This document shows positions 9,417 through 18,614 of a DNA stretch of 64,000 bases, in pieces. The stretch is from an uncultured Gemmatimonadales bacterium (GTDB taxonomy: Bacteria; Gemmatimonadota; Gemmatimonadetes; Gemmatimonadales; GWC2-71-9), in contig CAVXLC010000002.1 in assembly GCA_963762545.1 (NCBI GenBank), forward strand, positions 1,191,384 through 1,255,383. The letters are read 5' to 3'. The translations under genes were made by a program, and so were the position numbers. Numbering within the stretch: position 1 is the first letter of the stretch; each line of letters begins with the position of its first letter. The notes beneath the pieces were generated by a model. It did no database searches. It saw nothing but the letters and a program-made list of their open reading frames with translations, and was not told where the DNA came from.

Positions 9417-10094
9417 TCAGCGTTCCCCTTTGGCGTCGAAGCCGAATTCCCCGAGCAGCGGGACGAATCGCACGTCGGAGACCGTGGTGGTCTCAACCTG
9501 GCCGCCATGCTTCTCCCCCAGGGTCAGCACCTGATGGCTCTGGTCGCCCAGCGGGATGACCAGCCGCCCCCCCTCGGAGAGCTGCTCGATCAGGGGGGCT
9601 GGAACCGAAGGCGAAGCCGCGGCCACCACGATCGCGTCGTAGGGCGCGTAGGCCCGCCATCCCAGGGTTCCGTCGCCCACCACGACGCTGGCGTTTCCGA
9701 TGCCTGCGGCCGCCAGGGCATCCCGGGCCCCGCGGGCCAGCTCGGGTATCCGTTCCACGGCCAGGACCGTGCTGGCCAGCGACGCGAGCAGCGCGGTCTG
9801 ATACCCGGAGCCGGCGCCGACCTCCAGCACCCGGTCGGTGCCCTTGAGCCGGAGCAGCTCCAGGGAGCGGGCCTGGACGTATGGCTGGGAAATGGTCTGC
9901 CCGGCGCCGATCGGGAGCGCGGAGTCTTCGTAGGCCCGGTGCCGCGCGGACGCCGGCACGAAGAGGTGCCGGGGCACCATGGAGACGGCATGGAGCACCG
10001 CCAGGTCGCGAATGCCCTTGTCGCGGAGCGTCTCGACCAGCAGCGCCCGATATCCCCCGTAGCTGTCCCCTTCCCCTACCCTTCGAGCGCCCAT
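9417..10094 (-). CDS. pcm: Protein-L-isoaspartate O-methyltransferase
   Basis: VPRHLFV, GQTISQPY, VLEVGAGSGYQ, APYDAIVVAA, VRFVPL. Confidence 0.95.
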   Translation of the reverse strand: MGARRVGEGDSYGGYRALLVETLRDKGIRDLAVLHAVSMVPRHLFVPASARHRAYEDSALPIGAGQTISQPYVQARSLELLRLKGTDRVLEVGAGSGYQTALLASLASTVLAVERIPELARGARDALAAAGIGNASVVVGDGTLGWRAYAPYDAIVVAAASPSVPAPLIEQLSEGGRLVIPLGDQSHQVLTLGEKHGGQVETTTVSDVRFVPLLGEFGFDAKGER

Positions 10095-10825
10095 TCACGC
10101 ACCGTCTCGACCAGGTCGTAGCTGGTGAGATCCATGTGAAGCGGGGTGATCGAGATGTACCCGTCGTGGACCGCCTGGTGGTCCGACTGGGCGTCGCCGG
10201 TCCAGGTGATCTCTCCGCCACCGATCCAGAAGACTTCCTTTCCCCAGGGGTCCCGCATCCGGGTGAGTCCTTCGGAGAAGAAGCGGCTGCCCAGCTTGGT
10301 CACCCGGACGCCCCGGACGTCCCGCGCGTCGATGCCGGGGAAATTCACGTTGAGAATCATGTTACGGGGAAAGGTCGGGACCTCCACGATCCGGCGCACC
10401 AGCGCGGCCAGCAAATCGGCATAGGAGCCGAGGACCTCGATCTCCCGGCTGGCAAACGAGAAGGCGATGCCCGGGATGCCCAGGGTCACCGCCTCCATGG
10501 CGGCGGAGACGGTGCCGGAGTAGAGGACATCCTCGCCCATGTTGGGTCCGTGGTTCACGCCAGAGAACACGAAGGCGGGCCGTTCCGGCATCAGGGCGCC
10601 CACGGCGAGGAGCACGCAGTCGGTGGGCGTGCCGTCCACCTGGTACGAGCCGTCGTGGAGCCGGATGGGCCGCAGCGGCCGGTGCAGCGTGAGCGAGTGC
10701 GAGGTGCCGCTCTGTTCCCGGTCCGGGGCCACGACGGTCACCTCTCCCACCTCGCGGCACGCCGCCGACAGCAGCGTGATGCCGGGGGCAAGCACCCCGT
10801 CGTCGTTGCTGACCAGGATGTTCAC
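10076..10825 (-). CDS. surE: 5'/3'-nucleotidase SurE
   Basis: ILVSNDDG, GTPTDCV, SGVNHGPNMG, YSGTVSAAMEA. Confidence 0.96.
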   Translation of the reverse strand: MNILVSNDDGVLAPGITLLSAACREVGEVTVVAPDREQSGTSHSLTLHRPLRPIRLHDGSYQVDGTPTDCVLLAVGALMPERPAFVFSGVNHGPNMGEDVLYSGTVSAAMEAVTLGIPGIAFSFASREIEVLGSYADLLAALVRRIVEVPTFPRNMILNVNFPGIDARDVRGVRVTKLGSRFFSEGLTRMRDPWGKEVFWIGGGEITWTGDAQSDHQAVHDGYISITPLHMDLTSYDLVETVREWALEG

Positions 10826-11193
10826 AGGGCCTCCGGGGGCCGCGCGCCATCGAGCAGCTCGAGCACCTCGTCGAGCTGATCCCGGAGCTCGCGCAGCGTG
10901 GTCCGCGACGCCGCCCGCGAGGCCTGCGCCTTGAGCTCACCGGTCTTCCGGTATTGCTCGATCCGGAGGCGGGCGCCCTCGATGGTGTATTTCTCGTTGT
11001 AGAGGAGGTGCTTGACGAGCATGATGAGCTCGACTTCCCGGCTCTTGTAGACCCGGTTGCCGGATCGGTTCTTGGCGGGATTGAGAAACCGGAACTGGCT
11101 TTCCCAATAGCGCAGCACGTGGGGCTTGAGATCGGTGAGGGCACAGACCTCTCCGATCGAGAAGAACTCCTGGGTGGGCCGCGGCAGAGTCAC
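10822..11193 (-). CDS. MerR-family HTH regulator
   Basis: FSIGEV...HVLRYWESQF...SGNRVY...YTIEGAR; GTG 11193 overlaps the gpsA stop. Confidence 0.88.
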   Translation of the reverse strand: MTLPRPTQEFFSIGEVCALTDLKPHVLRYWESQFRFLNPAKNRSGNRVYKSREVELIMLVKHLLYNEKYTIEGARLRIEQYRKTGELKAQASRAASRTTLRELRDQLDEVLELLDGARPPEAL

Positions 11194-12188
11194 GTCCACT
11201 GCTCCGGCTTGGGAGTACGTTCCATGAGCTCCATGATGGCCTGGCGGGGCGGCTTGGCCTCGAACAGGCACTGGGCGACTTTGCGCGCGATCGGCATCTC
11301 GACCCCCGCCTGTTCGGCCATCCGGAGGGCCACCCGGGCGGTGTAGACGCCCTCCACCACCGAGCGCTGACCGGCGGAATGGCCCTCCAGCGTCGCTCCC
11401 CGGGCCAGCGCGACGCCCAGGGCCCGGTTCCGCGACAGCGCCCCGCAGGTGGTCAGCACCAGGTCGCCGACGCCGGCCAGCCCGGAAAAGGTCCGGGGGT
11501 CAGCGCCGAGGGCCACGCCCAGCCGGGTGATCTCCGCCAGCCCGCGGGTGATCAGCGCCGCCCGCGGATTGTTGCCGAGGCCGAGTCCGTCGCACATGCC
11601 GGCCGCGATGGCAATCACGTTCTTGAACGAGCCGGCCAGCTCGGTGCCGATCACGTCCCCGCTGGTGTACACCCGGAAGGTGGAGGTAGTGAGCAGGGTC
11701 TGGGCCCGCTCCGCCGCGTCGCCACTCTCTGACGCGGCCACCACCGCCGTGGGTTGTCCCTGCGCCACTTCTTCCGCGAAGCTCGGGCCCGAGAGAATCA
11801 CGTAGGGCCGGCCCGGCAGCTCTTCCGCGCAGACCTCCGACATCCGCTTGAGGGTGTCGGTCTCGATCCCCTTGCTGGCCCCGATCACCAGGGCGTCGCG
11901 CGGCACCACCCGGGCCAGCCGCGAGAGGACCCCGCGCACGTTCTGACTGGGACTCACCGACAGCAGCACCGGCCGCCCGCGGGCCGCCTCCGCCGGATCG
12001 GCCGTCGCGCGGAGCGTCGGGGGGAGCCGGATCCCCGGCAGATAGAGCGGGTTCTCGTGCCGGCGGTTGATCGAATCCGCCACCTCGGGTTCGTGCGACC
12101 AGAGCAGCACATCCGCGCCGCTCCGCGCCAGGTGGTTCGCGAGCGCGGTACCCCAGCTCCCCGCCCCCAGGACCCCGACCGCGATCAT
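11190..12188 (-). CDS. gpsA: NAD(P)H-dependent glycerol-3-phosphate dehydrogenase
   Basis: GAGSWGTALA, SKGIE, SGPSFAEEV, KNVIAIAAG, GDLVLTT...SRN. Confidence 0.96.
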   Translation of the reverse strand: MIAVGVLGAGSWGTALANHLARSGADVLLWSHEPEVADSINRRHENPLYLPGIRLPPTLRATADPAEAARGRPVLLSVSPSQNVRGVLSRLARVVPRDALVIGASKGIETDTLKRMSEVCAEELPGRPYVILSGPSFAEEVAQGQPTAVVAASESGDAAERAQTLLTTSTFRVYTSGDVIGTELAGSFKNVIAIAAGMCDGLGLGNNPRAALITRGLAEITRLGVALGADPRTFSGLAGVGDLVLTTCGALSRNRALGVALARGATLEGHSAGQRSVVEGVYTARVALRMAEQAGVEMPIARKVAQCLFEAKPPRQAIMELMERTPKPEQWT

Positions 12189-12787
12189 GTGGGCCGCTGC
12201 CCGAACCGGTTTTCCGTGCCCGCCAGGAGCCGCCGAATGTTCTTCTGGTGCAATCCGATGATCAGCGCCGCGAGCAGGATGAACAGCCCGATCATCGGCC
12301 GCCGATCCGGATGCAGCAGGTACACCGCCGGCGGCAGCACCGCCGCCGCGATCACGCTGCCCAGCGACACGTAGCCGCTCACCTTCACCACCAGCGCCCA
12401 GGTCGTCAGGGCCGCCAGAAACGCCAGCGGCGCCAGACCGAGCACGACGCCGGCGCCGGTGGCGACGCCCTTGCCGCCACGAAATCGGAGGAACACCGGG
12501 AAGACATGGCCGATCACCGCGGCTGCCCCGAGCGCCAGGGCTCCCACGGCTCCGCCGCCTGCCTGCGGAGCGTAGACCAGCACGGGAACGGCGCCCTTCA
12601 GCACGTCGAACAGGCCCACCGGTACCGCGTAGCGCCAACCCAGCACGCGGAAGAGATTGGTGGCGCCGAGATTGCCGCTCCCCAGGAGTCGCAGGTCCTG
12701 CCCCGTGACGATCCGTACGACCAGGTAGCTGGTGGGAATGGCCCCGCCCAGATAGGACAGCAGGAGCCAGGGGAGGAATCGGCTCAC
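12185..12787 (-). CDS. plsY: Glycerol-3-phosphate acyltransferase
   Basis: GSGNLGATN, GHVFPVFLRFRGGKGVATG, HQKNIRRL. Confidence 0.95.
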   Translation of the reverse strand: MSRFLPWLLLSYLGGAIPTSYLVVRIVTGQDLRLLGSGNLGATNLFRVLGWRYAVPVGLFDVLKGAVPVLVYAPQAGGGAVGALALGAAAVIGHVFPVFLRFRGGKGVATGAGVVLGLAPLAFLAALTTWALVVKVSGYVSLGSVIAAAVLPPAVYLLHPDRRPMIGLFILLAALIIGLHQKNIRRLLAGTENRFGQRPT

Positions 12788-14106
12788 CGGCGGCCGCTCT
12801 TCAGCGAGAACTTGAGCCGGACCGGCGCGCCGGTGAATCCCCAGGCGCTGCGAAAGCCGTGCATGAGGTAGCGCTGGTACGCCTCCGGCACGTCGTCGGG
12901 GCGGTTCGACACGATGGCGAATGCCGGTGGCGCCGTCCCGATCTGGGAGGCGTACACCAGCTTCACCTCCTCGCCCTGCTTCTGGGGCGGCTGCTGCCGC
13001 TGAATCAGCGCCTCCAGCACCTGGTTCACTTCCGCGGTATTGATCCGGTGCTCCCGGGCCTCGGCCACTTCGAGCGCCACGTCGAGCACCTTGCGGGTCC
13101 GCTGGCCGCTGAGCGCGGAGATGTACACGAAGGGCACGTACTGCAGGAAGGGCGCCTTCGCGATCAGCTGCTCCTCGCCGCGCTTGGCGGTATTGGCGTC
13201 CTTCTCCTCGATCAGATCCCATTTGTTGACGGCGATGACCAGTCCGGCGCCCTGTTCCCAGGCTTCGGTGGCGATGCGGAGATCCTGATTGTGGAGTCCG
13301 AGCGCCGCATCCACGACCAGAATGCAGACCGCGGCCTGCTCCATGGCCCGCTTGGTGCGGAGTGTGGAGTAGAACTCGACGTCGTCGTCCACCTTGGCGG
13401 TGCGGCGGAGGCCGGCGGTATCGATGAAGCGGATGACCTTGCCCTGATAACGCAGGATCGAGTCCACCGCATCACGGGTGGTGCCGGCCACCGCGTCCAC
13501 CACGTAGCGCTCCTCCCCGAGCAGCCGGTTGGCCAGGGAGGACTTGCCGGCGTTGGGGCGGCCCACGATGGCGATGTCCACCGTCGGCTCCTGCTCGGCC
13601 TCGGTGGCCGCCGGGAGCCGGGCCACGATGGCATCGAGCAGATCTCCGCTGCGGGTCCCCACGGTGGCGGAAACGGCCTGAGGCTCGCCGAAGCCCAGCG
13701 AATGGAACTCGTGGGCGTAGACCTGATCGCCTCCCTGGTCCAGCTTGTTCACGGCCAAGACGACGGGACGCCCGGCGCGGCGCAGCTTCTCCGCCACCGC
13801 CTGATCCACCGGGTTGAGCCCTTCCTTGCCGTCCACCACGAAGAGGATGAGATCCGCCTCGGCCAGCGCCAGCTCGACCTGCTGGCGAATGGCCCGGTCC
13901 ATCGTCACGTTCGAATCGGGCACCAGGCCCCCGGTATCCACCAGCCAGAAGGCGCGGCCGGCCCACTCGGCCTCGCCGAAGTGCCGGTCCCGGGTGGTGC
14001 CCGCATGTTCCGAGACGATGGCGGCGCGGCCGCCCAGGATCCGGTTGAAGAGGGTCGACTTTCCGACGTTGGGACGGCCCACGATCGCGACAGTCGGCTT
14101 GCTCAC
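12784..14106 (-). CDS. der: Ribosome biogenesis GTPase Der (EngA)
   Basis: Two G domains GRPNVGKS and GRPNAGKSS, DTGG/DTAG, NKLD/NKWD; GTG start 14106. Confidence 0.97.
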   Translation of the reverse strand: MSKPTVAIVGRPNVGKSTLFNRILGGRAAIVSEHAGTTRDRHFGEAEWAGRAFWLVDTGGLVPDSNVTMDRAIRQQVELALAEADLILFVVDGKEGLNPVDQAVAEKLRRAGRPVVLAVNKLDQGGDQVYAHEFHSLGFGEPQAVSATVGTRSGDLLDAIVARLPAATEAEQEPTVDIAIVGRPNAGKSSLANRLLGEERYVVDAVAGTTRDAVDSILRYQGKVIRFIDTAGLRRTAKVDDDVEFYSTLRTKRAMEQAAVCILVVDAALGLHNQDLRIATEAWEQGAGLVIAVNKWDLIEEKDANTAKRGEEQLIAKAPFLQYVPFVYISALSGQRTRKVLDVALEVAEAREHRINTAEVNQVLEALIQRQQPPQKQGEEVKLVYASQIGTAPPAFAIVSNRPDDVPEAYQRYLMHGFRSAWGFTGAPVRLKFSLKSGRR

Positions 14107-15380
14107 GCGGCGGCTCCGGCTTCCAGCGCGTCGCTGAAGTCCTTGCTGAACCGGAGCGGCACGGGCACCGCGGCAGCGAGCTCGTCGGCGCTCATGTTGT
14201 CGATGAACAGGAAATCGTCGTTCAGGGACTCGCCCGGAAGGAGGATCAGGTCGAGGTCGTTGCGGGCCGCGAGGGCCTCGGCGATCGATTGGCCGGGCAG
14301 CAGGCCGGCCGTCGTCACCCGGGGCCCGAACAGCCCGTTGGACACGACGATCAGCTCGAGCCGGGCACCGGACGCCTCCTCCAGCGGCGCCATCACCTGG
14401 GGCATCAACCGTCCCATGGACGTTCCGGTGACGACGCCGATGCGCCGGCCGGCCCAGTCGCCGAAGCGGCCCGCCTCTTCCCTGATGCGGCGCTGGAGGA
14501 ACCGGACCGAGCCTACACCGTTCTCGACCTGCTCGAAATCTCCGTAGGACGCTTCGGGCGGCAGCGGCAGGTCGGCGCGGAGGTAGAGCTCGTCGGCGCC
14601 ATAGACCCAGGGCGCCCCGCGCTCCCCCAGCGCCCGCTCCTGCCAGACGTTGAGCTGGGCGACGGCGGTCCGGCACTCGTCGGTGGTGGGTTCCCGCACC
14701 CGGCTGTGCTTGCTGAACTCGGTCAGGCCGACCGGCACGATCGAGACCCCGAGGATGGGGGCCCCGAAGGCATAGAGATCGGAGAGCGTCCGGTCCAGCA
14801 CGGCGCCGTCGTTTACTCCGGGGGACATCACGATCTGAGTCTGGAACCGGATGCCGTGATCGGCGAAGCGCCGCAGCTGTTTCAGGATGTCGGGCGCGGT
14901 CGGATTGCGCAGCAGCCAGCGCCGGATCACCGGGTCGGTGGCATGCACCGAGACATACAGCGGGGAGAGCCGGTACTCGATGATCCGGGCCTCATCGGCG
15001 GGCTTGAGGTTGGTGAGGGTGGCGAAGTTGCCGTACTGGAACGACAGCCGGTAGTCGTCATCCCGGATGTAGAGCACGTCCCGGAGCCCCTCCGGCAGGC
15101 CGTCCACGAAGCAGAAATCGCAGCGGTTGGCGCAGCGCCGGATTCGAGCCGGCTCGACCGCGGCACCCAGAGGCTCGGTGAGGGGGCGCTCGATGTCGAA
15201 CTCGATTTCCTCGCCGTCCGGCTGACGGACGTGGAGGCTGAACTCCTCGTCGGCGGTGAGGAACTGCCAATCGAGGAAATCGTCGAGCTCGCGCCCGTTC
15301 ACCGAGAGGAGCTCGGTGCCGGGCCTGAGACCGAGCTCATCGGCGATGGAACCGGGCTGGACCTGGGTGACCTTGATCAT
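14103..15380 (-). CDS. DUF512 PDZ / radical-SAM-like protein
   Basis: N-terminal PDZ-like segment, CANRCDFC (CxxxCxxC), DDDYRLSF..GNF.TLTN, ENGVG. Confidence 0.85.
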   Translation of the reverse strand: MIKVTQVQPGSIADELGLRPGTELLSVNGRELDDFLDWQFLTADEEFSLHVRQPDGEEIEFDIERPLTEPLGAAVEPARIRRCANRCDFCFVDGLPEGLRDVLYIRDDDYRLSFQYGNFATLTNLKPADEARIIEYRLSPLYVSVHATDPVIRRWLLRNPTAPDILKQLRRFADHGIRFQTQIVMSPGVNDGAVLDRTLSDLYAFGAPILGVSIVPVGLTEFSKHSRVREPTTDECRTAVAQLNVWQERALGERGAPWVYGADELYLRADLPLPPEASYGDFEQVENGVGSVRFLQRRIREEAGRFGDWAGRRIGVVTGTSMGRLMPQVMAPLEEASGARLELIVVSNGLFGPRVTTAGLLPGQSIAEALAARNDLDLILLPGESLNDDFLFIDNMSADELAAAVPVPLRFSKDFSDALEAGAAA

Positions 15381-15610
15381 CGGGGGAAAGATGTCTCTAA
15401 TAGCCTCAAATATCAAGAGTTAGGCGTTCACAAATCATCTCATTTGGCAGCCAGATTTGGCAAGAACGGCCGGACAGCACCCCGAATGTGGTTGCAGGGG
15501 CACCTGTAGAGTGTGTTGGGAGGCCGGAAACAGGCGGTGTCGCGGAGCGGGAGGGTCGAGTGCGCCGGCGAGAAGAGGCCTGGCGACCCAGGGTCCCAGG
15601 CGCCTCTCAC

Positions 15611-15637
15611 AAGAAGGCCACCCGATTCGGGTGGCCA
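15611..15637 (-). terminator. Intrinsic terminator after tRNA-Gly
   Basis: Perfect GGCCACCCG/CGGGTGGCC hairpin followed by TTCTT on the - strand. Confidence 0.6.
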
Positions 15638-15665
15638 TTGGGCATTGCAGGGCCCCTGACTCGAG

Positions 15666-15737
<72 letters not shown>

Positions 15738-15749
15738 AGACCGGGGAGG

Positions 15750-15779
15750 AGTATGTCCCCGGGGCCCGACTCCCGTCAA
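15750..15779 (-). promoter_or_regulatory. Sigma70-like promoter of tRNA-Gly
   Basis: TTGACG-N18-CATACT. Confidence 0.55.
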
Positions 15780-15792
15780 CCGAGCGGCCAGC

Positions 15793-17304
15793 CTACCTGG
15801 CGTGGTATCGCCATCCACTGATCCCGGAGCCCTTGGCGTCGACCTGGAAGCTGTGCTTGGCGCCATCCGCGAGCACCGGGATGGTCACTTCCTTGGTATC
15901 GATGACCTTTCCGGTAACGTCCACGAATTCGACGACCAGGGTAACCGGGGCCGTCTTGAGCGGCTTGCCGGCGGCGTCCTGCGCAACCCGGCCGGTGGCG
16001 TCGGCGCTGAGCCGCGCGGTCGACTGCCCCATCTGGAAAGTGCTCACATCCACCGTGAACGGCAGCGCCACCAGCTTTTCGGCGGTCTTGAGCACCGCTT
16101 CGTCCTGCTTCTGGGCCCGCTGGCCCTGGGCCAGGAGGCGGAGCGCGTCCTGATTCATGGGCTCCATGTCGAGGAGCTTCTGCGCCTCCGCGATCAGGCT
16201 GAGGTCCTGCGTCGTGGCGATGGCGTCGTAGGCCGCGGCGCTGTCGGCCTGCTTGGCCTTGCGGAACCCGTCGGCCTTCTCATGCGCCGCGCGGGCCATG
16301 GCAAAATAGGTATTGGCCAGGTTGTAATGCGCGTCGCGGCCGTAGGGATTCCGGGTCACCGCCTTGGCGAAGACGACCTCCGCGTCGGGAAAGCGCTGGG
16401 AATTGAAGGCCGCCACGCCGACCGCCATCATGTCCTGAAGGTCGAGAGAATCGAGGTTGGTTTTGGCGAACTGCGCAACCATGGCGTGTTCCATCGCGTC
16501 GGCACTATCGGCCATGCCGGAGTTCCGGAATGCGACGGCCAGGGACCGCTGTGCGTCGGTGTCATTCGGCTTCCAGGCGAGGTACTTCCGGAACATCGCG
16601 ATCGCTTCCGGATTCCGGTTGAGTCGCTGGTACATCACCGCGAGGTTGAGCGCCGCCCCGTTCCGGTCCTCCACCAGGGAGGTGTCCTTCTCCGCAATTT
16701 CCAGCGCCTTCTTGAAATACACCGCGGCGCTGTCCTCCCGCTGGGTGTTGGCGAAGACGACGCCCATGTTGGAATAGACGTGGGGCAGCTGGCGGAACAG
16801 GAGGTTGGCGTCGCGGAACAGCGCGAGCGCGGAGTCGATGTTTCCCTTCCGCTGGAAATCGATGGCAGTATTCGCGAGGTTCGCCCAGCTGTTCTGGCGG
16901 TACTGGGTGATGTCGATTTCGCAGGTGGGCACCAGCTCCTGGGCCTTGGTGAACCCGGAATCGGCCTCGGCCGCGTCGCCGCGAAGCAGGGCCACCCGCG
17001 CCAGATAGTACCAGGAGGCCGCATTGGTACCCTGGGCTTCCTGCGTAATGGCCGTCACCAGGTTCTGGCGAGCCTCCTCGAGCAGCGCCTTCTTCTCGTC
17101 GGGAGTCTTGGCGTCGTACGACTTCCGCAGCGTCTCCTCGCCCTTCTTCACCTTGGCATTGATGGCCTTGAGGGGACAGAGGGGCGGCGTGTACTTGGCC
17201 GGCTGCGCTGCGGCGAGGCGCTGGTTGATCGCGCCCTGTTGCGCCGCGAGCGGAGCTCCCGCCAGTGCGGTCGCGACAACCAGGATCGTGATACGCGTCG
17301 TCAT
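15793..17304 (-). CDS. Exported TPR protein with C-terminal beta-rich domain
   Basis: Signal peptide ending PLAA-QQ, many TPR-like repeats, beta-strand C-terminus ending GWRY. Confidence 0.75.
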   Translation of the reverse strand: MTTRITILVVATALAGAPLAAQQGAINQRLAAAQPAKYTPPLCPLKAINAKVKKGEETLRKSYDAKTPDEKKALLEEARQNLVTAITQEAQGTNAASWYYLARVALLRGDAAEADSGFTKAQELVPTCEIDITQYRQNSWANLANTAIDFQRKGNIDSALALFRDANLLFRQLPHVYSNMGVVFANTQREDSAAVYFKKALEIAEKDTSLVEDRNGAALNLAVMYQRLNRNPEAIAMFRKYLAWKPNDTDAQRSLAVAFRNSGMADSADAMEHAMVAQFAKTNLDSLDLQDMMAVGVAAFNSQRFPDAEVVFAKAVTRNPYGRDAHYNLANTYFAMARAAHEKADGFRKAKQADSAAAYDAIATTQDLSLIAEAQKLLDMEPMNQDALRLLAQGQRAQKQDEAVLKTAEKLVALPFTVDVSTFQMGQSTARLSADATGRVAQDAAGKPLKTAPVTLVVEFVDVTGKVIDTKEVTIPVLADGAKHSFQVDAKGSGISGWRYHAR

Positions 17305-18593
17305 TCCGACTCCTTGGGGACGGTGGTTCGGGCGGCCGGCGCGCCCACGGGAGCGTGAGCCTGCCGTCCGGCCAGTTCTTGAAACTCTCGGGCCAGCTCA
17401 TGCGCGGGACGGCCGGTCCGCCGCGCCTCGGCCACGACATCATCGAATTCGGGCTTGGCCCGCGGGCCGCCGGGCGCATCTACGGTCTTCATCCGGACGG
17501 CCCCGCCACCCGGTGTGCGCAGGTCCCATTGCCGGCGCGACAAGGTAATGCGCTCCGCTATGGACCGCCGGATTCCCGCGGTGGTGCTGTGGCGGAACAT
17601 GGCGTCGGCGACCGCGTCAGCGCGATCCGGGGAGCACATGACCTCCACCCTGAACCCGATCCGGCCCTTCTTCATCTGGGTGGGCCAGATCTGCACGTCG
17701 AGGGCGCCGGCGATCGTGGCCGCCTCGCGCAGCGGCTCCAGGTACTCGGGGCTCAGGTCGTCCACGTCGGTGGCGAGCAGCACAACCTGCCCGGCCTCGG
17801 CGGCGCCGCTCGCCAGGATCAGCCGCAATGCGTTGGGCCAGGCGCCCGGATTCCGGGTTCCCGCCCCCCACGCGGTACGAACCGGCCGCCAGTGGCCCGG
17901 TGGCGCACCGCCGGAGAGGACCCGCAGCAACACCGCTCCCGTGGGGGTCGTGGCCTCTCCGGTGATGAAGCCGCCGGTGCTCACCGCGAGTCCTTCAGCG
18001 AGGATGGCGGTGGCCGGAGCGGGTACCGGGAGCAGACCATGCGCCGCCTCGATCCAGCCCGACCCCAGGGCAGCGGGCAGCGAATAGACCCGATCGATGC
18101 CCAGCTGCTCGAACCCTTCGATGCCGCCGACGATGTCCACCAGCGCATCGTAGGCGCCGACTTCGTGCAGCGACACGCGGTCCGGGGCGATCCCGTGTAC
18201 TCTGCCCTCGGCCTCCGCGACCAGCTGGAAGGCTCGGACGGCGAGCTCCCGGGTGCGAGCGGACAGGGGTGCGTTTTCTATCAGCCCGATCAACGCCTTC
18301 ACATGGCGGTGAGGGCCGTGGCTCTGGTGATGCCGGTGTCCGTCCTGATGATCGTGGCCGGCATCGCCAGGCTGCTCTACCCGACCGTCCGGAAGCCTCA
18401 CGGCGACTTTGCGGCAACGGATGCTGCAGCGCATGACCGATTCCGTCTCGATCGTCACCTCGGGGATACCCAGGCGTGCGGGAAGTCCGGTGAGCCATTC
18501 GAGCGGGGCTCCGGCGTCCAGCAACGCGCCCAGCACCATGTCTCCGCTGATTCCGGCGGCCGGATCCAGAATAGCGAACTCGTGACCGGCCAT
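17301..18593 (-). CDS. larC: LarC-family nickel insertion protein
   Basis: GISGDMVLGALLDAG, His-rich loop, HEVGAYDALVDI, AHGLLPVPAPAT, TPTGA, MKKGR, KPEFDD. Confidence 0.9.
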   Translation of the reverse strand: MAGHEFAILDPAAGISGDMVLGALLDAGAPLEWLTGLPARLGIPEVTIETESVMRCSIRCRKVAVRLPDGRVEQPGDAGHDHQDGHRHHQSHGPHRHVKALIGLIENAPLSARTRELAVRAFQLVAEAEGRVHGIAPDRVSLHEVGAYDALVDIVGGIEGFEQLGIDRVYSLPAALGSGWIEAAHGLLPVPAPATAILAEGLAVSTGGFITGEATTPTGAVLLRVLSGGAPPGHWRPVRTAWGAGTRNPGAWPNALRLILASGAAEAGQVVLLATDVDDLSPEYLEPLREAATIAGALDVQIWPTQMKKGRIGFRVEVMCSPDRADAVADAMFRHSTTAGIRRSIAERITLSRRQWDLRTPGGGAVRMKTVDAPGGPRAKPEFDDVVAEARRTGRPAHELAREFQELAGRQAHAPVGAPAARTTVPKESE

Positions 18594-18614
18594 AGAGTTA
18601 AATATCGCTCCGAT

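Noticed and set aside
17301-18593. Link between LarC nickel handling and the hydrogenase-like operon
   Set aside because: The large subunit lacks Ni ligands, and LarC serves the pincer cofactor rather than [NiFe] centres.
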